A stretch of 64,000 nt of DNA. Origin: an uncultured bacterium. GTDB taxonomy: Bacteria; Joyebacterota; Joyebacteria; Joyebacterales; Joyebacteraceae. Below, piece by piece: positions 20,701 through 31,065 of this stretch (the first letter of the stretch is position 1; each line of letters starts with the position of its first letter). The stretch is taken from the NCBI GenBank assembly GCA_964516845.1, contig CAZEXP010000005.1, forward strand, positions 1,030-65,029. The letters run 5' to 3'. Both the position numbers and the translations under genes were made by a program. Below the pieces are notes generated by a model. It was not told the origin of the DNA, made no database searches, and saw only the letters and a list, made by a program, of their open reading frames with translations.

Positions 20701-21099
20701 AGCTACGATCTTGATGTCAGGTCGCTTCTCGCCGAGGTCGCTCATCGCGGCTCCGGCGCGGTCGAGGTGCGGTTGACCGGCGTGTACGGGACCGAGGACG
20801 ACGCGGTGACCGGGGTCGCGGCCGATGTCTGGAAGCTCACGCCGGCCGTTACGTACCGGCTGAAGGGGCGCGGGTCGATCTCGGCCAGTCTCACCCGGTC
20901 GAGCGTGGCGGCCTCCGGCGGCGAGTTGCCGCGCTACATGGCCGAGGGACGGGTGGAGGGAGGGGCGGCCGATTGGCGGCTGTCGGCCGACTATCGCTTC
21001 AATCGATTCGTCACGGGCAATCTGAACTACACCGGGGAGCGGCGGCCCGGTTCCGACGATCGCCATACGGTCGATCTCAGAGTGAATGCGTTCTTCTAG
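17704..21099 (+). CDS. Large (~1130 aa) hypothetical outer-membrane barrel protein of FCB type
   Basis: In-frame TTG 17704 after GGGAGG; hydrophobic signal segment; GAKTFGVSVG...SLRLNVEG...LSDQNTPLLPEG and GKQGPY...GSERVWLDG...DYVIDY motifs; ends VNAFF. The start is uncertain. Confidence 0.75.
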   Translation: MSWTEPRVACSSSRSSTTQSTRPLIGAILAIALLAAFVTTAGAGTLARTSGRRVVDLTGVDLADGRVALPDSLIVAGSDTVLVSDRPAERGVDYVLDVSASSLRFLRDLPDTARISLSYLYIPGALAREQRYAMLDATGELPNVFAAPESLVSLRIAEPDRAPVGSGLRIGGAKTFGVSVGSDRDLKLEQSLRLNVEGRVARDVSVRAYLSDQNTPLLPEGDTEELRSLDKVLVEIEGKDVSATMGDIVLDMTSGSLLSMRRELAGVMVTGKRGPLSVLLAGAQASGEQTTAAFIGVEGKQGPYLLPNASGAVGVTIVAGSERVWLDGARLKRGSDNDYVIDYASGELQFSETRPITAESRIDVDYECATSDFDRDVYGGTAGLRSADGRMEFGAAYFRESDDDSSPTSVDLSDDDLALLAAAGDDIELAHDDGVDSVGYGNGDYERLPDGTFEHAGADSGSFELDFERSDGGDYAYDYVAGHYYYAGEGVGTHRLGRQLPLPTDASLLAVNGAVRLEGGGFVEAEAALSTYDRNTLSDLDDDDNLGNAGVVRLEAPSLTGGVLGDSRLTASAAGRRVAGNFRGNGRFRETGYEDHWELRGLEVPTAELTGEGTLRFDMPGGGSAEVRHGRLERGDALTSMRTRFSVEASPAERARVWLSGRIVDLDYTAAADTALTRERRLYRAGGDVTLGHVRPGATWTSDEATEDGVGERYDEYGVTLASAGLRGAGLRAGYAYRMTDRRGESDDWSRAAVTATQTYGLELTRWEPLTVDASVVRRRTDFEDGLAESDTRSDLARVRLGHSSLGGAVQGEVRYVVTTTEVEEKERYVTEEDGVEVTRIISTGRYLPVTDLSAGTRWSFRPGSGGTTPSGLPDPSALRRWLARFSFETDLKLREATTTDEKERLYLLDPSVLRGDDTVSGELTGRHTLRYASAGGTFVSRLALRTADELERVYSNSPEERRDREVTLEFKLAASRGLTYRVQGEAGERRRDSEGTVDSYDLDVRSLLAEVAHRGSGAVEVRLTGVYGTEDDAVTGVAADVWKLTPAVTYRLKGRGSISASLTRSSVAASGGELPRYMAEGRVEGGAADWRLSADYRFNRFVTGNLNYTGERRPGSDDRHTVDLRVNAFF

Positions 21100-21111
21100 C
21101 CGTTCGCGCAG

Positions 21112-22845
21112 ATGGGAGCCCCTGTGCTGAAGTCCAACCGGCTCACGGTCCTCGCAGCGCTCGTCGTCACGACGTGCGCGTTCGTCGCGGTCGCGACGGC
21201 GTCGGAGATGTTCCCGACGGTCGTCGGGAACGTGCGAGCGGAGGGGCATCAGAGTGTGAGCACGCGCGAACTCCTCGACGCGTTCGGCGTGGCGCGTGGC
21301 GATCCGCTCGACCCGGAGGCGCTGGCATCCGGGGCCGACTCGGTGCTCGCGCTCCTCGCCGCGAGCGGCAGTCCGTTCGCGTCCGTCCGCGTCGACTGGG
21401 ATGACGAGGATCCGGCCGGCGTTGTCGTTCGCGTGGAGGAGGCTCGAGGCGGGCGCATCGCCTCGGTCGCATTCGCCGGGAACACGGCGGTCGGGACGGG
21501 TGAACTCGAGCTGCTTGTCGCGGCTCAGTCGGGAAGACCAACGACGGCGGCCATGCTCGAGGGAGACGCGGCGTCGATCGCCGCCCGGTATGCGGAGCGG
21601 GGATACCCGCTTGCGGCCGTTCGCCCGACCGTATCGCTCGCCACGGATGAACCGGGCGGACTCCTGCTCGTCTACGAGATCAACGAGGGACTGGCGGTCA
21701 CGTTCGCGGACGTCCTTGTGGTCGGGAACAAACAGACCCGGGCCGAAGTCATCACACGGGAGACGGGCATCGTCCGCGGCGAGCCCTTCCGTCTCTCGGT
21801 GCTGGAGGACGTTCGACCGACGCTCGAGCGTCTGCCGTTCCTGGCATTCGTTGGGGAACCGGCCGTCGCCATCAATCGCGAGACCGGCACGGCCGATGTG
21901 GGGATCGAGGTCGGGGAGGCCCGCGCGAACCGGATCAGCGGCGTGCTGGGGTATGTCCCCACCACCGAGGGTGAGGGCGAATTCACGGGGCGGGCCGACA
22001 TCAGCCTGGGAAACATCGCGGGGACCGGCCGGAGGGCGCGGGCGACCTGGGAGAGGGTGCGCGACGGGCACGACCGGATCGCCTTCGACTACACCGAACC
22101 GTGGTTGTTCGGAGCCCCCATCGACGCGGGTGTCCGCGCCGAGCAGGTCAACCGCGACACGCTCTACTCGACGACGGAGGGCGACCTCTTCGTCACGGCT
22201 CGTTTCGGGACGCGGCTCGCCGTGACGTGGTCGGCCGGCGCGGAGCGGTACGTACCCGGCACGGGCGATGAGCCCTCAACCGACGGCTACCGCACGGCGC
22301 TCGAATTCACATACGACAGGACCGACAGTCCGCTCAATCCGACCCGAGGCGTCGAGTCGAGCGGTCGTCTCTTGTACGCCAGTGTCGAGGCCATCGAGGG
22401 GGATGCGTCGTATCGAACGGGCACGCTGAACGCGTCCGCGGCGGTGTACGTGCCCGTGCGGCGAGCTCAGGTCCTGGCGCTCGCGGCACGCGGCGCGGCG
22501 CTCACGTCGAGCGACGACGACGTTCCGCTCCATAAGCAGCTCGTCCTCGGAGGAGCGGGAAGCCTGCGCGGATACCGCGAAGAGCAGTTCCACGGGACGG
22601 TCACGGCCCTCGGCAGTCTGGAGTATCGGTTCATCTTCGGACGGTACGCACGTATCGCGGCCTTCCTCGACATCGGCCACTACTCCAGGGAGGGTTCCAA
22701 CCCCGTGTCGGAGACCAAGTTAGGCTACGGGGTCGGGTTGCGGGGGGAGACCCGATTGGGTATAATCGCCGTCGACTACGGCCTCGGTGAGGGAGACGGA
22801 TTCCTCGACGGCAAGCTCCACGTCGGCCTCATTCGCGAGTTCTGA
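21112..22845 (+). CDS. Omp85 (BamA/TamA-family) outer-membrane protein with POTRA domains
   Basis: POTRA segments (VAFAGN, LVVGNKQTRAEVITRE), LGGAGSLRGYREEQF lid loop and a terminal HVGLIREF. Confidence 0.88.
   Translation: MGAPVLKSNRLTVLAALVVTTCAFVAVATASEMFPTVVGNVRAEGHQSVSTRELLDAFGVARGDPLDPEALASGADSVLALLAASGSPFASVRVDWDDEDPAGVVVRVEEARGGRIASVAFAGNTAVGTGELELLVAAQSGRPTTAAMLEGDAASIAARYAERGYPLAAVRPTVSLATDEPGGLLLVYEINEGLAVTFADVLVVGNKQTRAEVITRETGIVRGEPFRLSVLEDVRPTLERLPFLAFVGEPAVAINRETGTADVGIEVGEARANRISGVLGYVPTTEGEGEFTGRADISLGNIAGTGRRARATWERVRDGHDRIAFDYTEPWLFGAPIDAGVRAEQVNRDTLYSTTEGDLFVTARFGTRLAVTWSAGAERYVPGTGDEPSTDGYRTALEFTYDRTDSPLNPTRGVESSGRLLYASVEAIEGDASYRTGTLNASAAVYVPVRRAQVLALAARGAALTSSDDDVPLHKQLVLGGAGSLRGYREEQFHGTVTALGSLEYRFIFGRYARIAAFLDIGHYSREGSNPVSETKLGYGVGLRGETRLGIIAVDYGLGEGDGFLDGKLHVGLIREF
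22738..22766 (+). promoter_or_regulatory. Candidate sigma70 promoter embedded in the Omp85 gene, upstream of ligA
   Basis: TTGCGG, 17-nt spacer, perfect TATAAT (22761-22766), built from codons rare for this GC level (CGA TTG GGT ATA). Confidence 0.55.
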
Positions 22846-22886
22846 CGCTTCCCGGCGAACCGCGCCAGCGTGCCCGCGCCCCATGA

Positions 22887-24935
<2,049 letters not shown>

Positions 24936-25022
24936 TCCTCCGGACGTTCAGCTGGACCGCCCGGAGTGAGGATCATGCCCCCTCCGCACCATCATCACAG
25001 CAGCCAGAGGAATGGGGTTCCC

Positions 25023-26312
25023 ATGCTGGTCATGAAGGAGACGCGCGACGGGCGGACGACGCCCGATCTCGAGGCCGTCGCGTGTGAAGAGGGCATCGAC
25101 GTCGCGCTGCTGGCCGAACAGGTGGCCAACGGCCGTGTCGCAATCATGAAGAACTCGAACAATTCGCATCGTCCCGTTGGCGTGGGTGAGGGGCTTCGGA
25201 CGAAGGTCAACGCCAATCTGGGGACATCATCGGACGCCTCGGACATCGAGGAGGAACTTCTCAAGGTCGACGCCGCGATCGAAGCCGGCGCGGACGCCGT
25301 CATGGACCTTTCCACGGGCGGCGATATCGACATGATCCGCCGCGCGGTCGTCGAGCGCTCCACCGTTCCGGTCGGAAGCGTTCCCCTCTATCAGGCGGCC
25401 ATCAAGGCGCGTCGCGAAGGTCGTGGGATGGTCAACATGACGCCCGATGAGATCCTCGACGGCGTGCGGGCTCATCTGGACGACGGTATCGACTTCGTCA
25501 CCGTCCACTGCGGTGTGACGCGCGAGGTCGCCGGCCACTGCAGGCGCACTCCGCGGCTCGCGGACGTCGTCAGCCGGGGCGGCTCGTTCCTGATGGAATG
25601 GATGTCCTACAACGACGCGGAGAACCCGCTCTACGAGCGCTACGACGACCTTCTGGATATCGTGGCCGAGTACGACGCGACGATCAGTCTTGGCGACGGA
25701 CTCAGGCCCGGCGCGTTGGCGGACGCCAACGACGCGGCCCAGATCGCCGAGCTCACCGTGATCAGCGAACTGGTGTTGCGCGCGCGCGAGCGCGGTGTGC
25801 AGACCATCGTCGAGGGCCCGGGACACGTGCCGCTCGATCTGGTGGCGTCCTCCGTGGAGCTCGAGAAATCGCTCTGCCACGGCGCGCCGTTCTACGTGCT
25901 CGGACCGCTCGTGACCGACGTTGCGCCGGGATACGACCACATCGTCGGCGCCATCGGCGGCGCGGTCATCGCCATGGCAGGCGCGGACTTCCTCTGCTAC
26001 GTCACACCCGCCGAGCACCTGCGTCTTCCGACCATCGAGGACGTGAAGGAGGGCGTCTACACGTTCCGCGTGGCCGCCCATGCCGCGGACATCGCCAAGG
26101 GTATCCCGGGTGCGCGGGATTGGGACGACCGCTTCTCGGCGGCCCGCAGGGCGCTCGACTGGGACACGATGATGAAGCTCTGCCTCAACCCCGAGAAGGC
26201 GAAGAGCTTCCGCGACGCGGCCCCGCCCTCGGACGACCGCCTCTGCTCGATGTGCGGCGAGTACTGCGCCGTGCACAAGATGAGCGGTGTCCGCGAGAGG
26301 GAGGGCGAATGA
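25023..26312 (+). CDS. thiC: Phosphomethylpyrimidine synthase ThiC (short type); a ThiC-family Bza paralog is not excluded
   Basis: KVNANLGTS, DAVMDLSTGG, VSRGGS, EGPGHVP, CYVTPAEHL and C-terminal CSMCGEYC. Confidence 0.85.
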   Translation: MLVMKETRDGRTTPDLEAVACEEGIDVALLAEQVANGRVAIMKNSNNSHRPVGVGEGLRTKVNANLGTSSDASDIEEELLKVDAAIEAGADAVMDLSTGGDIDMIRRAVVERSTVPVGSVPLYQAAIKARREGRGMVNMTPDEILDGVRAHLDDGIDFVTVHCGVTREVAGHCRRTPRLADVVSRGGSFLMEWMSYNDAENPLYERYDDLLDIVAEYDATISLGDGLRPGALADANDAAQIAELTVISELVLRARERGVQTIVEGPGHVPLDLVASSVELEKSLCHGAPFYVLGPLVTDVAPGYDHIVGAIGGAVIAMAGADFLCYVTPAEHLRLPTIEDVKEGVYTFRVAAHAADIAKGIPGARDWDDRFSAARRALDWDTMMKLCLNPEKAKSFRDAAPPSDDRLCSMCGEYCAVHKMSGVREREGE

Positions 26313-29245
26313 CCCAGCGGCACCGCGAGGCGGTGGCGCCGCGTCATGGCGACGCGACGACGCCGTCGGACCGGCAGCAGAGCGGCGGTAAGGGCACCAG
26401 CTCACGCGGTTATCCGTCGACCTTCGTTTCGATCGATCTTGAGACCACGGGGCTTGAGGCCGGCACCGACCGCATCGTTGAGGTCGGCGCGGTCCGCGTC
26501 ACCGAGGGCGTGGTGGAGGCGAGGTACGAGTCGCTGGTGAACCCGGGCATGTCGATGCCATCGGACATCAGCTATCTCACCGGGATCACCGACGACGATC
26601 TGGTCGACGCCCCAGATATCGACACGGTGCTTCGCGAGGCGCTCGAGTTCTGCGGCGACTCACCGCTCGTGGCGCAGAACGCTACGTTCGATCTCGCGTT
26701 TCTCGCCGCGGCCGCCGACAACCGTCCTGAATTCCTCATCGGACGGTACGGCGTGTTCGACACCCTGCCGCTCGCCCGGGCGCTCATGCCGCGCATGAGA
26801 AGCCACCGACTGGCCGCTCTGACCGGTTTCTTCGGGATCGAGACCGGGCGGGCGCATCGCGCGCTTGATGACGCCGACGTGACGGCGACCGTATTCCTCC
26901 GACTCCTCGACGTGCTGGACCAGGTGGGTCCGGCCATCCTCTCCAGAATGGCCGCCATGGCCGACCCGCAGATCCGGCTCCTCGTCGAGGCCGCCCGGGA
27001 GCGCTCGGGCGACACGCTCGAACCGTTCGCCGTGCCCGACCACGGAGCCGCGGGCGAGGAGCTTCTCAGATACGACGTGGTTCGCGGCGAGCAGTACGTG
27101 CGTGTTCCGCGTGAGGAGCGGCTCGAGGTCGATCTCGACACGGCCGAGCAGCAGTTCGGCGCGCAGGGCGCCATCGCGGCGGAGCTGCCGGAGTACGAGG
27201 AGCGGCGCGAGCAGCTCGAGATGATGCGCGCGGTCGGCGACGCGCTCAACAACGGCATCGACCTCGTCGTGGAGGCGGGGACGGGCGTTGGCAAGTCGCT
27301 GGCGTACCTCGTGCCGGCGGTCCAGTTCGCCGTGCTCAACGGTGAGCGCGTCGTCATCTCGACGAACACACGCAACCTGCAGGAGCAGCTGTTCAACAAG
27401 GATGTTCCGTTCCTCGAGCGGGCGCTTGACGTCGGGTTCAGCGTGGCGCTTCTGAAGGGGAGGAGCAACTACCTCTGTCGCGAGCGGTGGGCCAGGGTCC
27501 TGGAGCGGGGGCTCTCTCCCGAGGAGCGGGCCGGGCTGCTGCCCGTGGCGCTCTGGGAGGCCGAGACGACCTCGGGTGATGTCAGCGAACTCGCCGCCGT
27601 GCAGCGGAGGAACTACCTGTGGAGCCGCATCTCCGCGGACGGAGGACCGTGTCTCGGGCAGAAGTGCCCGCACAATGATACCTGCTATCTGCAGCGGGCG
27701 AGACGCGCGTCGCAGTCGTCGCACATCGTGGTCGTGAACCACTCGCTTCTGTTCAGCGACAGCGAGACCGACGGCCGTGTCCTCGGTGAGTACTCGTTCC
27801 TCATCTGCGATGAGGCGCACAACCTCGAGCGCGTGGCGACCGAGCACATCGGACGGCGCGCGAACGTCTGGCGCGCCAGGACGACGCTCGACTCGGTCTA
27901 CCGCCGCGACGGCGGGGACGACGGCGTCCTCCCGGACATACTCTCGAAGCTGAGGAAGGGAGCCGACGGCGGTGTGATCTCGACGGCCGCCGAGGCCGCC
28001 GAGCGTGGCATCGGTGAGGCCGAGACCGCTCGGAAGGACCTCGAGATGTTCTTCAAGGTCCTCAACGCCAGACATCAGGACCTCAATAACGGCAGGCCTG
28101 TCGAGTACGGGAAGCTCAGGTACCGTCCGGAGGACCCGGTGTCGTCGCTCGTCGGTCCGGAGCTTGACGCCGTCTCGACGAGCCTGACCCATCTGGTCGA
28201 GACGATGACGACGCTCGCAGACCTCGTCACGGACTCCGGGCTCGAGTCGACCGATTCGATCACTCAGGCGCTCCAGTACGAGAACGAGCGCGTGGCGAGA
28301 CTCCGCGAGGACGTGGTGTTCCTCGCCGAGGGAGCCGACCGCGAGAGCGTGTTCTGGCTCGAAGTGAGAAGCTACGGCGACGTCAGGGAGTGCGAACTGA
28401 GGAGCGCCCCGGTCAGCGTGGCGGAGAGGATGCACGAGTTTCTCTACACGAAGCTTGATTCGCTGATCCTCACGTCGGCGACGCTGACGGTCGACGGATC
28501 ATTCGAGTTCTTCTGCGAGCGGCTGGGGCTGGACGCGCTGGCGGACTGGCAGCTCGTGACGATGGATGTCGGCAGTCCCTATGACTACAGCCGGCAGGCC
28601 ATCTCCATCGTGGCCCAGTACATGGACGAACCATCCTCGCGCGGCTTCAATCAGGCCGTGGCGGACCTCGTCGTCAAGCTGGCGATGCCCGCGACCGGCG
28701 GAACGCTGGTACTCTTCACGTCACGATCCTCGCTCGACACGGTGTTCAAGCTCGTCCGCGACCGGTTCACCGCGTCCGGCAAGCTCCTGCTCGCGCAGGG
28801 ACACGGCGCGCCAAGGACGGCGCTGCTGGAGGAGTTCGCGCGGGAGACCGAGAGCGTGCTCCTTGCGACCAGCAGCTTCTGGGAGGGTGTCGATGTTCCG
28901 GGACGCTCGCTCGAGCAGCTCGTGATCGTGAAGCTGCCGTTCCCCGTGCCGTCGGACCCCGTCGTCGAGGCGCACTGCGAGCGATACGATCAGGCCGGAG
29001 AGCACTCGTTCAGCCGCTACATGGTCCCGCGGACGGCCATAGGTCTCCGGCAGGGATTCGGGCGGCTGATCCGTTCCTCGACCGACATGGGAGGCGTGAT
29101 CTTCCTGGACAGCCGCCTGGCGAGCCGCCGATACGGCTCCAGACTGCTCGATCAGCTTCCGACGAGCACCGCGTTCGCACGGAACGAGGGCGAACTCCTC
29201 GCGGCCCTGCGGGGGCTGCACGGGGATCCCGCCGCGCGAGACTGA
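26309..29245 (+). CDS. dinG: DEDDh 3'-5' exonuclease fused to a DinG-family Fe-S helicase
   Basis: True start is ATG 26309 (ATGA overlap with thiC); IDLETTG, HRALDDA, EAGTGVGKS, Fe-S cysteines, DEAH and QGFGRLIRS motifs. Confidence 0.93.
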   Translation: MTQRHREAVAPRHGDATTPSDRQQSGGKGTSSRGYPSTFVSIDLETTGLEAGTDRIVEVGAVRVTEGVVEARYESLVNPGMSMPSDISYLTGITDDDLVDAPDIDTVLREALEFCGDSPLVAQNATFDLAFLAAAADNRPEFLIGRYGVFDTLPLARALMPRMRSHRLAALTGFFGIETGRAHRALDDADVTATVFLRLLDVLDQVGPAILSRMAAMADPQIRLLVEAARERSGDTLEPFAVPDHGAAGEELLRYDVVRGEQYVRVPREERLEVDLDTAEQQFGAQGAIAAELPEYEERREQLEMMRAVGDALNNGIDLVVEAGTGVGKSLAYLVPAVQFAVLNGERVVISTNTRNLQEQLFNKDVPFLERALDVGFSVALLKGRSNYLCRERWARVLERGLSPEERAGLLPVALWEAETTSGDVSELAAVQRRNYLWSRISADGGPCLGQKCPHNDTCYLQRARRASQSSHIVVVNHSLLFSDSETDGRVLGEYSFLICDEAHNLERVATEHIGRRANVWRARTTLDSVYRRDGGDDGVLPDILSKLRKGADGGVISTAAEAAERGIGEAETARKDLEMFFKVLNARHQDLNNGRPVEYGKLRYRPEDPVSSLVGPELDAVSTSLTHLVETMTTLADLVTDSGLESTDSITQALQYENERVARLREDVVFLAEGADRESVFWLEVRSYGDVRECELRSAPVSVAERMHEFLYTKLDSLILTSATLTVDGSFEFFCERLGLDALADWQLVTMDVGSPYDYSRQAISIVAQYMDEPSSRGFNQAVADLVVKLAMPATGGTLVLFTSRSSLDTVFKLVRDRFTASGKLLLAQGHGAPRTALLEEFARETESVLLATSSFWEGVDVPGRSLEQLVIVKLPFPVPSDPVVEAHCERYDQAGEHSFSRYMVPRTAIGLRQGFGRLIRSSTDMGGVIFLDSRLASRRYGSRLLDQLPTSTAFARNEGELLAALRGLHGDPAARD

Positions 29246-29280
29246 TACGATTGACGCGGTGTTGCGGTCCCACGGGGGAT

Positions 29281-29368
29281 CGAGAGACGTCAGAGAATCC
29301 ATGGGCATCAGGTAGTCGAGATATCAGAGATTCGAGAGACATCAGAGAACCGAGAGACATCAGAGGAC
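29281..29368 (+). repeat. Four imperfect 16-18 nt AG-rich repeats in the hut leader
   Basis: CGAGAGACGTCAGAGAAT (29281), CGAGATATCAGAGATT (29317), CGAGAGACATCAGAGAAC (29333), CGAGAGACATCAGAGGAC (29351). Confidence 0.85.
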
Positions 29369-29395
29369 CGAAGGACAGCGTGGAGGTGTGAGGAG

Positions 29396-31060
29396 ATGGG
29401 CAGCGCACAGAAGAGGACCGTGCGGGCGCCTCGCGGCACCGAGATCACCTGTAAGGGGTGGCTCCAGGAGGCCGCGATGCGGATGATCATGAACAACCTC
29501 GACCCGGAGGTCGCCGAGAATCCGGACGAACTCGTCGTCTACGGGGGCACCGGCCGCGCGGCCCGGAGCTGGGATGCGTTCGAGGCCATCGTCAGGACGC
29601 TCAAGACGCTCGAGAACGACGAGACGATGCTCGTCCAGTCCGGGAAGCCCGTCGGCGTGCTGAAGACACATCCGGATGCGCCGAGGGTCCTCCTGGCGAA
29701 CTCGAACCTCGTCGGCGACTGGGCCACATGGGACAAGTTCCGGGAACTCGAGCGGCAGGGCCTCATCATGTACGGACAGATGACGGCCGGCAGCTGGATC
29801 TACATCGGGACCCAGGGTATCCTCCAGGGAACGTACGAAACGCTGGCCGAGCTCGCCCGTCAGCACTTCGGCGGGAGTCTTGCGGGAAGACTCGTTCTGA
29901 CCGGCGGCATGGGCGGCATGGGCGGCGCGCAGCCGCTCGCCGTGACGATGAACGGCGGCGTCTGTCTCTGCGTGGAGGTCGACGCGGCCCGGATCCGGAT
30001 GCGGCTCGACACGGGGTACTGCGACCGGATGGTCCATGACCTCGACAAGGCGCTCGCGATGGCCGATGAAGCCGTCAAGGCCGGCAGGCCGCTCTCGATC
30101 GGCCTGGTGGGCAACTGCGCCGAGGTCATCCCCGAGATGGTCAAGAGGCGTGTGACCCCCGACGTCGTGACCGACCAGACGTCGGCGCATGACGCGCTGA
30201 GCGGGTACGTGCCGGGCGGAATGCCGCTCGCCGACGCGCTCAGGCTCCGCGACGACGACCCGGAGGCGTACATCGAGCGCTCGATGCGCTCGATGGCCGA
30301 CCACTGCCGCGCGATCCTCGATCTTCAGAGGGCCGGTTCGATCGCCTTCGACTACGGCAACAACCTCAGGGGGCAGGCCAAGGACGCGGGTGTCGCGAAC
30401 GCGTTTGATTACCCCGGGTTCGTTCCCGCGTACATCAGGCCGCTCTTCTGCAGTGGCAAGGGGCCGTTCCGCTGGGTGGCGCTCTCGGGAGATCCTGAGG
30501 ACATCTACAAGACCGACGAGGTCATCGTGCGTGAGTTCCCGAGAGACGAGGCGCTGGTCCGCTGGATCAAGCTCGCGCGCGAGCAGGTGCACTTCCAGGG
30601 ACTTCCATCGAGGATCTGCTGGCTCGGCTACGGCGAGCGGGCCCGGTTCGGGAGGATCATCAACGACATGGTCGGCTCGGGCGAGATCTCGGCGCCCATC
30701 GTCATCGGCCGCGACCACCTCGACAGCGGCTCCGTGGCATCGCCGTACCGGGAGACCGAGGGAATGAAGGACGGCAGCGACGCGATCGCCGACTGGCCCG
30801 TTCTCAACGCACTCATCAACGCCGTCGGAGGCGCCACGTGGATCTCATTCCACCACGGCGGCGGCGTCGGTATCGGCAAGTCGCTCCACGCGGGCATGGT
30901 GATCGTGGCGGATGGAACGCCCGAGGCAGCGGTCCGGCTCGAGCGCGTGCTCACGACCGACCCGGCCACGGGCGTGATTCGGCACGCCGACGCGGGGTAC
31001 GATGAGGCCATCGCCTTCGCGGCCGACCACGGTATCCGGATTCCGATGCGGGAGAGATAA
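29396..31060 (+). CDS. hutU: Urocanate hydratase
   Basis: [49 protein letters not shown] and HHGGGVG motifs. Confidence 0.98.
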   Translation: MGSAQKRTVRAPRGTEITCKGWLQEAAMRMIMNNLDPEVAENPDELVVYGGTGRAARSWDAFEAIVRTLKTLENDETMLVQSGKPVGVLKTHPDAPRVLLANSNLVGDWATWDKFRELERQGLIMYGQMTAGSWIYIGTQGILQGTYETLAELARQHFGGSLAGRLVLTGGMGGMGGAQPLAVTMNGGVCLCVEVDAARIRMRLDTGYCDRMVHDLDKALAMADEAVKAGRPLSIGLVGNCAEVIPEMVKRRVTPDVVTDQTSAHDALSGYVPGGMPLADALRLRDDDPEAYIERSMRSMADHCRAILDLQRAGSIAFDYGNNLRGQAKDAGVANAFDYPGFVPAYIRPLFCSGKGPFRWVALSGDPEDIYKTDEVIVREFPRDEALVRWIKLAREQVHFQGLPSRICWLGYGERARFGRIINDMVGSGEISAPIVIGRDHLDSGSVASPYRETEGMKDGSDAIADWPVLNALINAVGGATWISFHHGGGVGIGKSLHAGMVIVADGTPEAAVRLERVLTTDPATGVIRHADAGYDEAIAFAADHGIRIPMRER

Positions 31061-31065
31061 CCGAT

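Noticed and set aside
19651-22071. 806-aa minus-strand ORF, and similar long antisense ORFs (34243-36162, 44304-46913, 26660-28435, 60270-61907)
   Set aside because: They are shadow frames of clear + strand genes in GC-rich DNA, Arg/Pro-rich and without motifs.
24936-25022. TPP riboswitch before thiC
   Set aside because: The region is too short and lacks the conserved TPP aptamer words.
25598-26308. N-terminal 237 aa of the 1215-aa ORF-track DinG
   Set aside because: It overlaps thiC in another frame and reads as low-complexity; the real start is ATG 26309.
29281-29368. Possible CRISPR array
   Set aside because: Units are 16-18 nt, mostly contiguous with no unique spacers, and there are no cas genes.
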